A stretch of DNA of 64,000 nt from Balanoglossus misakiensis (GCA_040954595.2 CM082598.2:4283837-4347836), one strand, 5' to 3'. Positions 38,346-53,004 are shown, counted from the stretch's first letter. Notes: generated from the letters alone by a model not told the origin. Translations and numbers: made by a program.

Positions 38346-40048
38346 GGTTGGTTGGTTGGTTGGTTGGTCGGTTGGTGAATTGATTGATTGGTTGGTTGGT
38401 TGGTTGACTGATTGATCATTTGATCAGCGGGCTGGTTGACTGACTGACTGACTGGCTTTTGTTTCAGCTGCAGTGAATTAAAATTTGATCAGTCAATAAC
38501 CGATAGTATATCATTATTTTGTTACTTACGGGGAAGCGTCGGAATCCATGTAGCTGAAAATCCAAGGAAAAAAAACAAAGATGAGAATGGAGTCAGCGTG
38601 CCCGATAATCGAGGCTCACAATTCGTCTACGCCTTTTCAAAAAGTGCTGTGTAACAAGTTGTCATTAATAATTGATAAATATTTGCATATGTCTGTATGC
38701 ATAGTACTTACTCTCGCCTAAGCCACCTGATGGCGCTGTTGGTTCCACTGGCGCTGTTTGCGATAATAAAAGAGAAAGAAGGAATTAAGGCAAAATGTTG
38801 TGTGTTTCTTTCTATGTGTTATCCTACTTGAATAACTTTATGCAGTATACGCTTCCAATAGTGAAGTGTATGCAGTCTGGTTTACCAAAACGTAGAGAAA
38901 ACCACGTTCACCGAATCTCGGCAGGTACAATGTAAATTTGTGACAACTCATTTCGGTGACAACGAGCGTGATGATATTAAGTTTATTAAAGCTAAAATGC
39001 CCGCATAATCATTGACATTTCAGCTGAATACAGCCTTGCGGGCGGACTATGCCGAAATTGAAGTACTCCGAAAAATGTCGCAAATAGGAGGTAAAAGTTG
39101 TGGCAGCTTGCAAAGATGATATATTGCAAGTAATAGTACATACGAACTTCACAATAGGTCCCTGTGTAGCCGTTTGTACATTGACATGTGTATTGAGTGA
39201 CTGCTCCATTGCCACCATTTTGACATGGGGGAACATAGCAATCTGGAAATAAAAATACGTTGTGTAATTTACAAAGCATTAAGTCCCAAGTCACGGAATT
39301 GTCTTTAAAGGGCTTAAGTGTCGTCTCGTCTATCTGCGGCTGTGGGCGAGGGTCCCATGCAACACAGATGCTAAGTCAAAGTAGGCGCAAAGTATATAAT
39401 CATTGCAATTTATGAGGTTGTTTACTTTGTATTACACTGAAGTGAAACTGCTCCTATGTACATCATTGCTAACAATGTGGTTGTTACTTTGTATTACACT
39501 GTAGTGTAACTGCTACTATGTACATCATTGCTAACAATGTGGTTGTTACTTTGTATTACACTGTAGTGTATCTGCTACAATGTACATCATTGCAAACAAT
39601 GTGATTGTTACTTTGTATTACACTGTAGTGTATCTGCTACAATGTACATACATGGATACAATGTGATTGCTACTTTGTATTACATTGTACAACAAGGCTA
39701 AAACTCGTTACTTTTTATCACATTTCCAAGTTAATTTGATAAATCATGTATTAGTTTGAGAGCAATGCTGATGGTGTGAGAAAGAAAGAAAGAAAAGTCT
39801 AATACAATTATGAAATATGCACGAGTAATTCATGAAATATGAAGAAATCATATCGACGTTTTATAAATGAGGTGTTCGAAGTGTATGTGCTCTCTCTCTC
39901 TCTCTCTAAATTGAGACTGAAAACGCCGATTGAATATACTTTGTTGCATAGTGAAAACAAGAGAAGACGCACCTTCCGGACCCACGATGGCTCCTCCTTG
40001 ACCTTTGACATAGGCGACAAGAGCCAGCAACAACAGAAGGGGCTTCAT
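37429..40048 (-). CDS. Secreted EGF + F-type lectin (fucolectin/FTP domain) protein, paralogue 1, 6 coding exons
   Basis: Exons 40048-39973 (MKPLLLLLALVAYVKGQ), 39242-39144 (EGF-like), 38753-38712, 38553-38530, 38127-37885 (NVAQGKPVTQSST...KAVDGN...NRVDCC), 37649-37429 (GRIK...GRHVSIQL...LNLCEVEVMVG*). Confidence 0.9.
38190..38455. repeat. Compound (TTGA)/(TTGG)/(CTGA) tetranucleotide microsatellite
   Basis: Directly visible; explains the INQS/TNQP part of ORF 37847..38419. Confidence 0.95.
39405..39710 (-). repeat. 62-bp minisatellite (~4.5 units), same family as 53279-53790, inverted
   Basis: tactttgtattacac recurs at 39423, 39485, 39547, 39609, 39671; followed by aacaaggcta, matching the element end at 53259. 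Confidence 0.9.
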
Positions 40049-42756
40049 GATTGATAAATATTGATAATATTCTTTGAGCAAATCTGTCAACAGGTATGAA
40101 ACAAGCGCGTTACATGCATCACTGTCCCTTTAATGTGTATTACGTAGTAAATGTTTCTAAGTTTTAAAATACACAAGACATGAATATAAGAGTGAGCAAA
40201 AATCTTCACAGGATGCATATTGAGAAAACGTCGTCATAAGACTGATCTCGAATTTGGCCCATCTGGAAAACTGCAGCCACTCTCTGAGTGATTAAAATCG
40301 CTAACTTTTGACGTTATTTTGGATATTTCAGTTTAATTTTGTAAAATTATTTAAGTCAAGTTGTTCGGTTGATTTTTAAAGGCTCAACAAACGATTTTTA
40401 CGGCACAATTTACAACTCATCATTTATTTTTTGGTCAGTACCAACATTTTTACGTTTTTGAATTATTCACCTTTCATACAAATGTACATGGTGAGATTTA
40501 ACAACTGGTCACATCACATATTTCATTAACAGAAAAACATAAATATATATTTTACCAGAAGAAAATGAAATAACCAAAATAATGTCAAAAGTTAGCGACT
40601 TGCAGCTTTAATACAACATTCGTGGTAATCATTCTCCAGATATGGCTTTCTCGACAAGTCGAATTTTATGAAGTGATATTAAACCAACGGTAACCTGTTG
40701 ACTTGAGGGTATTCAACGCCCCAAACTGGCATGTTCGGCGAATGTTAATATTTGAATGATTTGCAGAAGCAATATGAACGGTAACACTGATTATAGTTTC
40801 ATGTTTTGTTAATTACAGATCGCACATCGAAGGAAAAAAAGAAATGGAGACGAAAAGTGAACACTCACCAAAACCGTTGGTACAGGGGATGTCGATCTGC
40901 AGGCCACTGGTTTGCTAGTGGTGTCAACGTTACAGTATATGCACTAACATTAGGTATGCAAATCAGATCTATTAAAAGGATAGTGACTGTATGATATATT
41001 CATCGTGGCGAGATTATTAGTTGCTCTCACGTAGTCGGCCTATGGTCGTAAAGGGAATTCTGTGTTTTTGTTTGTGTTGATGGAGTTGATGTGTTTATCG
41101 TGTGGCGGGGGAAATTTTGCGTGTTTTAGGCCTATAATACTGATTTTGACAATTTAATGGAATTTTCATTTTTTTAAATTTTGTATGCCACTTGTGTGCT
41201 ACGCTGCTTAGGTGTGACGTATACGTGGTATGACAGAATGATGTAGCTTGTTCCGTGTTGCGTCATAATTTGTGTGCTTCTGTGATGTTGTACGTGTTGT
41301 GTTGTGCTGTGTTGTGAAAATAATGAAAATTATCCATAAAGGCGCAGCTCATGGGACTTAAAGTTCAAATTTTCATGGCAGATTGCACACTGTGGATATT
41401 ATGACATTCCGAAAAAAAATTATGTGTATTTCAGGAGTGCAAATTTATGTATTAGCCTATAGGCTACCGGTACCCAGGGTAGGCCATGGCTGGACATTGT
41501 TGAAAAATACATGGCGAAAGATATCAACGAAAAGTTGCCTATTTCCAGCTCATGAAAAAAAAAAGCTAATTCTCGTTTAATATTGACGTCATTTTCAAAC
41601 TAGGTCGTGATCTCTTATCACTCGTCTGCCGTGTTTGCTTTCTGTAGTCAAACTGTCTGCGACTACTGTGTACCCCACTTGAAATCTTTCGAGACAGGGA
41701 TACCCAAGCCCTCTAACTTACTAAATATTGTCATGTACCAACAAGAGCCCCTAAGTTCACACACAAAAAAACACGCACACTTAATTTATCTCCGATTATG
41801 CATCTAAAACCTGTTATTTTGACAAAAATCATATAACGTACGTACGGAAATATTTTAGTTAATATATGTTAGCAACTGCAAAAGCTGGATATTTTTTGAG
41901 AAGAGAAAAATTGCTTTCATAATGCACTCGTAATGAACGAGCCTACAGAGTACACAAGGTCGAACAAACAAACGGTCACCGAGTGGGGTCACTCGGGGTC
42001 AAGAAGTATAAATAAACGATTCGCATACTTATGCGTGGGAAACTCTACCACACGGACACGTCTCAACGCATGTATCGGGTAAGGCTGTATTTGGGTATTT
42101 GTTGATCTGGGGAGTGTGTCTTTGATGAGGGTGGACGATCTATCCTCACGATTTGTTGGAAGGGTTCCCACGTCGCGTATTTCTTCGTTCACGCCCCCTT
42201 CCCCCCTCCCCCCGAACCATATGACGGTGCGTACGCGAAGTGTAACTGACCTTGGTAAACAACAATCACATGTACCATTTTAGTACTTCATGTGCTAGCA
42301 ATGCACGTAATGCGAGTGCACTGTCATATCAGAGCTCTGGGTAGTCATTGATCTTGTGAAACGCGATCCTGTGCAATCGACATAACCTGTATGTTTTCGT
42401 ACAATGTAGATTGCACATAACTTAGCGTACAGTCAATCATGGCTTGGATAGAAGTTATTAATAGTACACTGTGTCTCCATGGTCAAACCACGGGCATCAG
42501 AGTAATATGCAAAGGTCCTGCGATGCAACCTGATCTGGGTGCATTACATTGATTTCGCATATTGCTGCAATGTCCGTAGGTCAAATGACGGGGAACGGAA
42601 TGCCATGCAAGCAATTGGAGAAAAGCCTGGACAATGGACATATTTGTGCATGTTTGAGTGTATATGTAAGCTCATCGCTATTCAGTACCATTCCACATAT
42701 TCCTTAGACACCTGTAGAGTAGTGGAACGGTTCTGATAAGCTATCAGGTTGAACGC

Positions 42757-42846
42757 ACCCTTTCACCTACATGGTTTGGTCCAAATGCTATGTTTTCTAT
42801 GGTAAAGTTGGACCTCTACAGAGAGAAATGGGGGTTAAAGGGTTAA
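42757..42846. mobile_element. MITE family C
   Basis: ccctttcacctacatggtttggtccaaa...ggggttaaagggttaa. Confidence 0.75.
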
Positions 42847-43234
42847 GAGCCCTGCAGAGTTCTTGTGACATCCGTGTAAATTCCTTTCTGTCGTCGAAAT
42901 TTGATCTTTTTGCTGTTCTGTGATCAGTATAAAGAAAATATCCATTACTGGAAAGGGAATAATGCAATCAAGCAATGCTTTTAAACCAGAGTTGTCCTGG
43001 AATTTTTAAGAAAACGTGAAGTATAATGAATGAAGTATGAACAGAGAGTCTCTGAGTCAGCCCTATACCTTTTCATATTGTTTTCTTGAATCACCAGTTG
43101 AGTTTGTTGAGTCAGTGGCTCGTCATATGGACTTACAGGACACACTGCCCTGAATTAATTTTGATGATGAGGGGTGAAGAACTATACTGATTACAAAATT
43201 TGTTTCTCTGTTTTCTTTTCTATTAGATAATAAA

Positions 43235-46200
43235 ATGGCAGCATCACAGCCCATCGTCAAATCAGCTGTCGTGTTAATCGTCGTCATCGTCTGTTACTTG
43301 AACTCGCTAAACTGTGGCTTTGTCTTTGACGATGCGTCAGCTATCCGAGACAATAAAGATCTTCGTCCGTACACTCCGCTATACAAAGTGTTTCAGAATG
43401 ATTTCTGGGGCACCCCCATGCACAAGGTAAGAGCAGAAAAACTGTAAAAGGGGGTTATTTTACGATACGAGAACGCCAAAATTAATCCTCGCATACAAAG
43501 GCAAAAGCCAGATTCCTATGAATTCCAAATCACTATACACACATACAGACGTACCATCTTACTGCCTACATGTGTTATGGCAATACAAATGGGCCACTTT
43601 ATTAAAGGGACATTACGGAAATGTCACATGCACTTCTGATCTAGTGGATCAATCTGTTGCTTGCTCAAGTCTACTATGAGTTCATTGCATGTGGATCCCT
43701 CAAGTGGAACTTAAGGCAAAAAAGATTGACTGAGATTTCCACCGAAATCAAAGCACATAGCAACATGTACATCAGGAAACAATGTTGTGAATGGACCGTT
43801 TGTTCTAACACTGCTCCAGGGGGTGTATATCCTAACACATGTGCCATAATGACATTACTGTTCTAAGATCTACAAAAGTAGGGTTAAAAATACTGAAAAT
43901 AAAGCCAAAAGTTTCAGCTAATGTCCCTTTAAATCAAAACGTATATTATCAGTATATATCAGTAGTTTCCTGTAAAATAATTATGGTAATGTCCAAATCC
44001 ATACCAAAATCCTACTGTTCAAGTATCCATCAGATTTTTCTGAGTGATAGTTCACAGTGTACTAGTACATGATTCGTGTGGTCAAACTTTGCACATTGAA
44101 TATTCCTGCATGGTTCAAAATTGATCTTATAAGGAATGATCTACAACTGTACACAGAAGTCTGGTATTCATATGTGATGGGCTACACCACATTAAGAGTA
44201 CAAATTCTCCTGAAATGGGTCAATTTCCAAAGTCTGCAATCAAATTCCTGAGTCTCCAAATGGTAGTAATGCTTTATTTATGGAACAAGCCCTTTATCTC
44301 GCTGAAGCGTTTCAAGCCCTCCACTGCCCCACCAATAAATTGATATGTGTCACTGATTAAGATGACCTCGGTTGACCTATCACACTATTTGACAGGTATA
44401 AAGTGAAGTGGCCTGAGCTACCTGGCCACAATTGTAAATGACAGGCAATTCAACTCGGCCCGCCTGTCAAATAGTCTGTGATAAAACACCTGTGCAAACA
44501 TCTAGTTATCTCAGTAAATTGCGAATATCCTACAATGTTTGTCAAGATTACTGTTAATTGCATATTGTTTCCCGAAAGTCGTGTGGGAGGGACTTGGATG
44601 TTGCTGACATTCAACGAAAAATGTTTCTCTAAAATGTTTAAGTTTTCGTAGACTTTATGTTCAAATGTTAAATGAGAAGTCATGTATTCCCCCAGACTCC
44701 TATCTATAGAGAACAAATCTACTGTGCCCACAAACTTGACATTTAATGAGTTAGACCAATGGTCATCTCAGTGAGCCCAAGTGACCCAGACTGGCCTTCA
44801 CAACCCAATGAGTGAGCCCGTATGAACCCAGATCAATCAATCTTGGGGACAGTTAGTCTGTATCGTACCAAATTCTCTAAACTAAAAAAAAAATAATCTT
44901 TACATTTAAAGTCACGAGCCACTTCTTCATGTCTTTTTCTTGTGTATTTTTCTTTGCAGGAAAAAAGTCATAAGTCATATCGACCACTATGTGTGTTAAC
45001 GTTTCGTCTGAACTACCTTATAAGTAAGCTGGAACCAATGAGTTACCATCTGGTCAATATGCTACTACATGGTGTCGTTTGTCTTGTGTATTTATCCGTA
45101 TGCCGAGTGTTCTTCAGCGAGTTTGTCAGCTTTGTTGCGACACTTCTATTCGCTGTACACCCGATACACACAGAAGCAGTAAGTACATAGAAAGGTTTTG
45201 CCAGTAATTAAATTACCCTATAAACCAATATGACAGGCCACTAACAAGACAAACTCCCCATATTACATGTAAGGGTATGGGGCTGACACAAAGTGTGAGG
45301 TATGGAATATGTCCTATACCGGTATTTCTCCTCATCAACTTTGTGCAATTTTGTAAAGCCCATATTGTAACCTCAAATTGCCAATTGTATTGTTAAGTTG
45401 TTCCAAAATAAGCAGATTGTTACATTTCCAAATTACTAAGGTTACACATCATTCTAACATCAAATAGGAGCAACAGTGCCCATGGTACTATTTTTTATAT
45501 TAATGAACAACTGCTCTATCTTGTGCAGGTAACTGGTGTTGTTGGCCGTGCAGAGTTACTGTCATCTATATTTCTACTGCTTGCTTTTTTGTGTTTTTCC
45601 AAATCTACTGGCAGAGACAAACCAATAAGTAAGTAGGGGTGTGTGGGTCTGTTTGTGTTTTAGTAAAATTTTACTGACTGTTTTACAGTTCACGGAATGT
45701 TCCATTGATGCAGAGGAAAGTATTTCTGTGATTAATTAAACCATTATATTTTCTGTTTAATTACTAGGATGGAGGTCACTGTTGGTTACCATGGTATTAG
45801 TGGTCATAGCAACTCTATGCAAAGAACAGGGTATCACTGTTATAGGTATATGTTGTGTATATGAAGTCTTTTTTGCGCAAGAGGTGAGAAAATCAATCTT
45901 ATTTTATTTATGTGTTGAATCTGTAATTTCATTGTCATTGCCTGTACGTGTTTGCTGATATACATGTATGTGGTCATTAACCCTTTCACCACCATGGTTT
46001 GGTCCAAACCCACTGTTTCCTATGGTAAAGTTGGACCTCTACAAAAAGCAGCAGGGGTGAAAGGGTTAAGACAATATGACTGAACCAATATATGTAGTGT
46101 TGTAAAAAAATTCTTATGTAGACAATATCACTCAAACCGTAGCTTCGAATGAACGAAGCAGCCAACCGTAGCATAGACTGGGCATGACAGCAACTGAAAG

Positions 46201-49200
46201 TCCTAGTAGGTCTTGGCGACTGCAGTGAGATTTGTGCTGGTATAGGGACATACATGTATTCTCATCAAGGGGGACACCCACTCGACGCGACGACCCCTTC
46301 CCTTTAAATTTATACTGCACAAAACTTCCCTGTTCTGAACTTGCATCTTACAAGATTGTCGTCGTAATCCTAAACCTCATTTCTTGCAGATGACAGTACT
46401 ACAGATTTTAAACATGGCCTTAGGTCTTCTCTCCGGCAAGCCCAACTTTCCTCCGTACTTACAAAGAGCGATTTTGAGATGTCTGATTTTAGTACTAAGC
46501 ACAGTGGGTCTGCTCTTTGCCAGAGTCAAAGTCATGGCCGCAGAGTTACCAATATTTACAAGGTACGCGTGCACTACGAGTTTTCATCTTCTTTGTTTAG
46601 AATAAAATTAATGGACAAATCTTGAACTGAATAGACATTCTGTAAATCTATCTGTTTTTGCTATCCTCAAGCATATCAGGAGTTATATGAAATAGGTCAG
46701 ATTGTACAGTAAAATCTGTCTAAACCAAACCCTCTCTAATCTGAAACCTGTCTACACTGAACATATTTTCCAGTCCCAACACATTAAAATACCCTATATT
46801 AACCAGACACCTCAACAAACTGACCAATTTCTTCAGTCCATTTGGTGTCTGGTTGAAACAGGTTTTACTGTATATCATTCAGCTACAATTTGACTCGTAC
46901 AGACTGCTATCAGTGCATGGAACTTTTTATTTCAAAACTGCTTGCACCTCTGAAAAACTGTCAGAAGCTTTTGTGTAAGTTTCTTCATATTTTTATTATC
47001 CGTAAAGGAAAATAATGATTTTTAACGTGTTTCCCTCAGATTTGATAATCCAGGAGCAGTTTCTACCTTCCCCACCAAGCAACTCACGCTGTCTTATCTA
47101 TTACCCGTGAATACCTGGCTGCTTCTCTGTCCCTCCCAGCTCCTCTGTGATTGGACAATGGGCACCGTGCCGCTTGTGACATCACTGCTGGATCCGCGCA
47201 ACCTAGCAACACTCGCGCTGCTTGTCGTACTTTTCAAATTTGTCTATTTTGCAATCATGGACGAAACAAAGAGGTCCAAGCAAGTCATTATGGTTAGTAC
47301 TATAGCACAGCGACTAATTTGCATACCAGTAGCTAGAAGTAATTTTTATGTCAATTAATGCTATTGTTTTGGGAAAATTAAAGACCTGTGACCCCTTTAA
47401 AGTAAACACAAACAGTAACTGCCATCCTGGCATGTAAAATAACCTTTGAACCCTGACCTCCTTGTGACCTACACGTACATGTCTGTCATCATGCAGAGGT
47501 TTACCTAAAAGCCAGAGCTCAAAGGATTAAACCTTTACCCAGAAATAATACAGTGACTTTTGCATTTTGAACAGAGAGTATAAAGTACACATACATATTG
47601 TATCATGATTCTTACAATTTATTTTTTGTGGATCGTTTTTTCCAGTGCCTTGCCTTCTTGGTACTTCCGTTTATTCCGGCATCGAATTTATTTTTTCCTG
47701 TCGGATTCGTTGTGGCCGAGAGAATTCTTTATGTTCCCAGTATGGGTTTCTGTATGGCAGTAGCATTGGGTGTTGAACTCATTGCAAAACACAAGTAAGT
47801 TCACATAGAGTTCAGTCCAAGGTGAAATATGCAAAACCATCTCTTTATCACAAACTGTTAAAGCACATCTTGTTAAAGCACTGATAGTGTTTCTAAGCAC
47901 TTACTTGCTAGGCTCTTAACCCTTCCACTCCCAGTTCCCTATATAGAGGTCCAACTCTACCATAGAAAACAATGGATTTTGGACCAAACCATGGTGGTGA
48001 AAGGGTTAAAAGCATATACCTGTACATGCATTTCTTGATCACTGAAGTTTGTTATCCAGAATAAAATTCCTGTGCCCACTGATCAGTACACATATATCGC
48101 TGCATTCTTTTTATAATAATAACTAGAATGTGTTCTGACCTTGGCCTTAAATTTTTATATGGCCAGATTTTCAAAGAAATCTCTTCTTTTATCAATAGTA
48201 AAATTTTCTGACTTTTTTTTATTTTAGAAATTTAAAGAAGATTATGTATGTTGGGTTGGCCTTCCTTGTTCTTACACACTCTGTAAAAACATTCAAAAGA
48301 AATTTTGATTGGTAAGTGAAATACGTATCACATGTTGTTTTCTGTGGTAGTGTTGGACTTCTAAATAGGGAACTGGGGGTGAGAGGGTTTAGCAGTCTGA
48401 GGGGCATGCATTATGGTACAAACGTTCAACTTATAATTTTTTTTCTCCCATTCCAGGGAGTCAGAGTACACGATATTCCGAGCCGCTCTCCGGGTGGTCA
48501 AGACAAACGCCAAGTGTTGGAATAATGTGGGGCATTCCTTGGAAAATGAGGATAAGTGGGATGAAGCTCTTCAATATTTCTCGGCAGCCTCCAAGTAAGT
48601 TTTTGCGAGGATATACCGTAAAACACTTTATTTTTCGCGAGCAATAAATTTTCGCGAAATACGCGAGAGCCAAAATAGCGTGAAAATAAAAAGTCGCGTA
48701 AATTGTTTTTGAAGATAATGACGCAGTGAATAAAATAAGAGAACGCGAAAATTAATACTCGCGAAAATAAGTGTTTTACAGTATCCTTCAGACAGAAAGG
48801 TGAACGCAAGGGCCAACAGATGCAGTCAGACAGTTGACTATTAGGTGCATGTTATAATGTAGTACAAATATAGCACTTGTCATGTACATGTATATGACAC
48901 TAAAATATATTTGACTGATTGTCAGGTTGGTCTTTGTAATTGAGCACAGTACATGCATAAATAAAAGATTTCCCAAATACCAAAATCAATCTTGGCAGCA
49001 AACTGTCATAGTTATTATTCTGGGGTGTGAAACAGATGTGCACTGAGGTCTGGCCAGGTGGCATGTGTGCAGCTTGCATGGTGATCACAGATGTGATTTG
49101 TACCTTAAGTTAGAAGAATGATGTCTTGTTATGAGCAGCTGTCTTTGGGGTGTTTAGTTGCATGTATGCACATCTTTGTTCGTCGTGCCTATTTCCAGTC

Positions 49201-52200
49201 TCCTATCCGTCAAAACTAGCCACCAGCCAGTTGCCTGATTTGGCTTATGCAACTGTTACGTACATTGTGCTAATGTTATACTAATGTACTAATGAGAAAT
49301 GCCTGTGTGTGGTGCTTAGTTCGTTAACCCGGGTTGGCACAGAACTGACCCAGCCAGAAATTTTTCTGACCCAGACTGTTTTTCCTCAATAGAAGCAGAA
49401 TCCTAGCTTGCTTATCACTGACCCCGCCCACCTTCCTTTTTCATTCTGTTCAGAGTATGTACAGGGTTCTTTGAATGCCCGTACTGTCTTGCTATTAAAG
49501 TCCTTGTGTTTTCTGTCCCCAAAATGAAATGCTATTAATTCCGCCTTGCAAGTGATCTCAACTCCACAGAAGTGCAGAAAATGCAGTACTTGCCAAAACA
49601 TGTACAGTAAAACCTGTCTAAACCAAACCCTGTCTAATCTGGAAACCTGCCTATACTGAACATCAGCCCTTTTACATGTGCATATAAACACATGTTAAAA
49701 TAACCCCTATAAACCAGACACCTCTGTAAACTGCACAATATTCTCAGTGCTTACCCTTTGGTGTCTCGATAAAACACCCAGTCAGGTTATACTGAATAAA
49801 TAGAGTTTTTTTACCAAATTTTCAGAGTTCAGCCTGACGACATTGGGGCCTGGTTGAACGTCGGCCGGGCCTACAGACATCTCAACAAAACCAGGGAAGC
49901 AGAGGACGCCTACAAAACAGCCATGGACCTCATGCCGCCCGTGATCCCAGGCAAGAAGTACACAACGCGTGTGGCACCCAATCATTTGAATGTCTACCTC
50001 AATCTTGCCAACCTCATCAAGGATGACGCCTCGAGATTAGTTGAAGCTGATAATGTAAGTTGGTATGGTGGAGGAAGTTGCCAAGTGTATTCATGTTCAG
50101 AAAAATGAAAGTCACCCAATTAAATATTTTGCAGACTTGTTATGCAAATTGGCGTGGCTCAGTAGATGTTGGTTTGAATCCTGTGAAATTCGTACTCTAT
50201 CTCTCTACATAGAGATTAGTATTGGAAAATCAGTTATTGCACTGACTATAATGCAACTTGCAATATATGCTTCTTACACATAGATTAAACAGAGAATTGA
50301 CTAAACATTTTTCTTATGCGTTTAATATTTGGATGTTTTGTTTTAATTTTATCTTCAGCTTTATAAGAAAGCCATCACAATGAGGCCAGATTTCATCGAA
50401 GCTTACATCAATCGAGGTGATGTGTTATTGAAGTTGAATCGGTCCCAAGAAGCTGTAGACAACTACATGACTGCGCTGAAGTATGAAAATGATAATGCTG
50501 ATATTTACTATAATGTAAGTGATAGAAATACCAGTTGTCAAAATAATGTGCATGGTGTTAATAATCTCATACACCACCATGTTGAATACTCAGTGACTCT
50601 ATGAGTTTTTGCCAGTTTCTAGATTTGATGACTGTGCAGAGGTGTACATCTCTAAATAAATGTTTCAATTCTCACTTTCAGCTTGGAGTAATTTACACAG
50701 AGAGGGGAGATCGTAGCAATGCTCTGCAGAATTTCAACAAGGCCCTGGGACTCAACCCAGAACATAAACAGAGTTTATTCAATTCTGCCGTTTTGATGCA
50801 AGAGACTGAAAATCCTGCCTATAGACCTGAAGCTATGAAAAGGTAAGTGATAACGAAATAAATAATAGAAATTGGGTGAAAACAAAATAAGTTATAGTTA
50901 TTGAGTGAAAACAAAATAAATTATAGTTATTGAATGAAAACTTCATTGTTTCCACAGTTGTGTTTCAAAATTATCGATGTTTTGGATCCTTCACACATGT
51001 TGCAGCCAAAGTGATTGATGCCTTAATTTGGACCAACTAAGGTCCATTACAGTACGAATAGCTCACGGTCATGACCCCTATATGACCTAAATCCTTTGTA
51101 CTTCTGTTGGGATGCGATTGCCAAAATTCAACATTTTGGGACAAGAAAAGTGTAAAAGTCAGTTTTGTTATTCAGTACATAATTTATTGATGACAGCTGC
51201 ATTCATTACATTATTAGTTCAGGTAGAACACTTCCAACTTTGTATGTCTCAATTTATTTCAGATTGAAGCAGTTGCTGACACTGGACTTCACAAATGAAA
51301 AAATCTATTTCAACTTAGGAATGTTAGAGATGGATGACAAGAACTATGCAAGTGCGAAAATATGGTTTGATAAAGCTATAGAGGTCAGTGGATAATTCTC
51401 ATTCAGACTCAGTAAACAAAAATCCTTTATGCTTACACATAGAAGTCTACTCTCATATGGTCCCAGTAAAACTGCCCCACAAAAATGTAAACAGTAAGCG
51501 GTATTTCAACGGCATTTTCATCCACACTATTAATATAATTGAACATGTGTCTGTGAGATATGAGTTACAGGTGTTGCACCACCTGAATAACATTTTGCAG
51601 AGCTGTCTGATCGAATCTCATTTTGTTTGTTCATTTACTAGATTAAGAACGATTTCCGCAGTGCTATTTTCAACCTGGCTCTGATGTTGTCGCAGATAGA
51701 CAGGGACATAGAAGCTTTGCCGTATCTGGAGAAACTGTTGAAGGTAAGCGGGATTTGTGTGGAGATGCACATGGTCTGTTTCTTTGGGTCCAAATATATT
51801 TGCAGTCAATATGAATTAAAAAGTATTGAATTTATGGACACAATAAGTAGCAATGTATGTGTGTACATAAGTTGTTTTATGGAATTTCTGCACGGTACAA
51901 TGTTTTTAGTCCATATTCGTTCTTGAAAAATGGTCATTTGGTTTACAGTACTGTAGTGCAATATGGTACGTTCATGCTAATTCAAAGCATAAAGTTTTGC
52001 ATATACTGCGATTGAATGCACAGTTGTCTTAGTAATTTGTTTTGGATTTAGAATAAGCATAAAACCTATGATTTGTTACAGTTCCATCCGAACCATTCAA
52101 AAGGCTTGATATTGTTGGGTGATATTTACATGAACAAAATCAAATCCATCAAAGATGCAAAACAGGTAAGCTGTCATTAAATAAAGCATTTCTTATTCAC

Positions 52201-53004
52201 AAGAATTGTCACTGTTCAGAACCCCTATGCGATCTGGATCTGCTTAATGACTTGCTTGCTACATGCAGTAGTGTGGTAGGTCTGGGTTCATCCCGTAAAA
52301 TACAAAAGTTAATTTTCAGTAATGTGTGCATGTGTAATGGTCATGGTATTTCTATGTTTCATGACATTACTATGTAATGTTTCATGACATCACTATGTTT
52401 CATGGCATTTCTATGTTTCATTGTGTTTATTCAGTGTTACGAGAAGATTCTAGAGTTTGATCCACGCAACATCCAAGCACAGCACAATCTGTGTGTCGTG
52501 TATGTGGAAGAGGGGAATCTCGTGAAGGCTGAGAAGTGTCTGTCCGCCGTGTCAGAGATGGCACCCAAGGAAGAGTACATTAAGAAGCATTTGAACATAG
52601 TCAGGGCCAGACTGTACCAACAGCATCAGAAACAAAAACAACACCACCAACAACAACAACAACAAGAGCAAAGTCAGCAACAACAACAACAAAAATCAGA
52701 AGATGCCGAAAAACAACATCAACCCAACCAGGCTGCTCAGCACAAAAATCAACAACAACAAATTCATCATCAACAACAACAGTCAGAAGATGCCGAAAAA
52801 CAACAGCAACGCGACCAGCACAAAAATCAACAACAACAACAACAACTTCATCAGCAGAAGGAGCAACAGCAACTTCATCACCAACAACAGCAACAGAGAG
52901 TACAACAAGTTCATGATCATCAGCAGCATACACAACATGAACAAAAAACAACAACAAAAACAACATCATCATCAGCGACAACAAGTTCATCAACAAAAAC
53001 TTGA
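43235..53004 (+). CDS. TMTC3: Protein O-mannosyltransferase TMTC3 (transmembrane region + TPR repeats), 16 coding exons, Q/H-rich C-terminal tail
   Basis: Exons 43235-43426 ([23 protein letters not shown]...NDFWGTPM), 44960-45178 ([17 protein letters not shown]...[10 protein letters not shown]), 45529-45628, 45768-45883 (CKEQGITV), 46390-46562, 47040-47292 (FDNP...LCDWTMG), 47646-47794 ([24 protein letters not shown]), 48228-48311, 48457-48594, 49826-50054 ([21 protein letters not shown]3-type), 50359-50514, 50682-50842, 51263-51383, 51642-51743, 52082-52165, 52435-53004. Confidence 0.95.
43602..43932. mobile_element. TTAA-flanked element with AGGGACATT TIR (Kolobok-like)
   Basis: ttaaagggacatta ... 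taatgtccctttaa. Confidence 0.65.
45977..46069. mobile_element. piggyBac-like MITE family C, best-preserved copy (85 bp plus TTAA TSDs)
   Basis: TTAA-CCCTTTCACC ... GGTGAAAGGG-TTAA; perfect 10-bp TIR and TTAA duplication. Confidence 0.9.
46705..46872. mobile_element. TA-flanked pogo/Tigger-like MITE (CAGTAAAA TIR)
   Basis: tacagtaaaatctgtctaaaccaaac ... ggttgaaacaggttttactgta; second copy at 49603-49795. Confidence 0.75.
47916..48009. mobile_element. MITE family C (inverted)
   Basis: ttaacccttccactccc ... atggtggtgaaagggttaa. Confidence 0.85.
48614..48783. mobile_element. MITE family A, internally deleted
   Basis: taccgtaaaacactttatttttcgcgag ... cgcgaaaataagtgttttacagta. Confidence 0.8.
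49603..49795. mobile_element. pogo/Tigger-like MITE, copy of 46705-46872
   Basis: tacagtaaaacctgtctaaaccaaaccctgtctaatctg...caggttatactg. Confidence 0.7.

Noticed and set aside
41940-42260. CpG-richer segment with a small hairpin upstream of TMTC3, as an ncRNA or promoter
   Set aside because: Plausibly the TMTC3 promoter or first non-coding exon, but I found no diagnostic motif, so it is not called.
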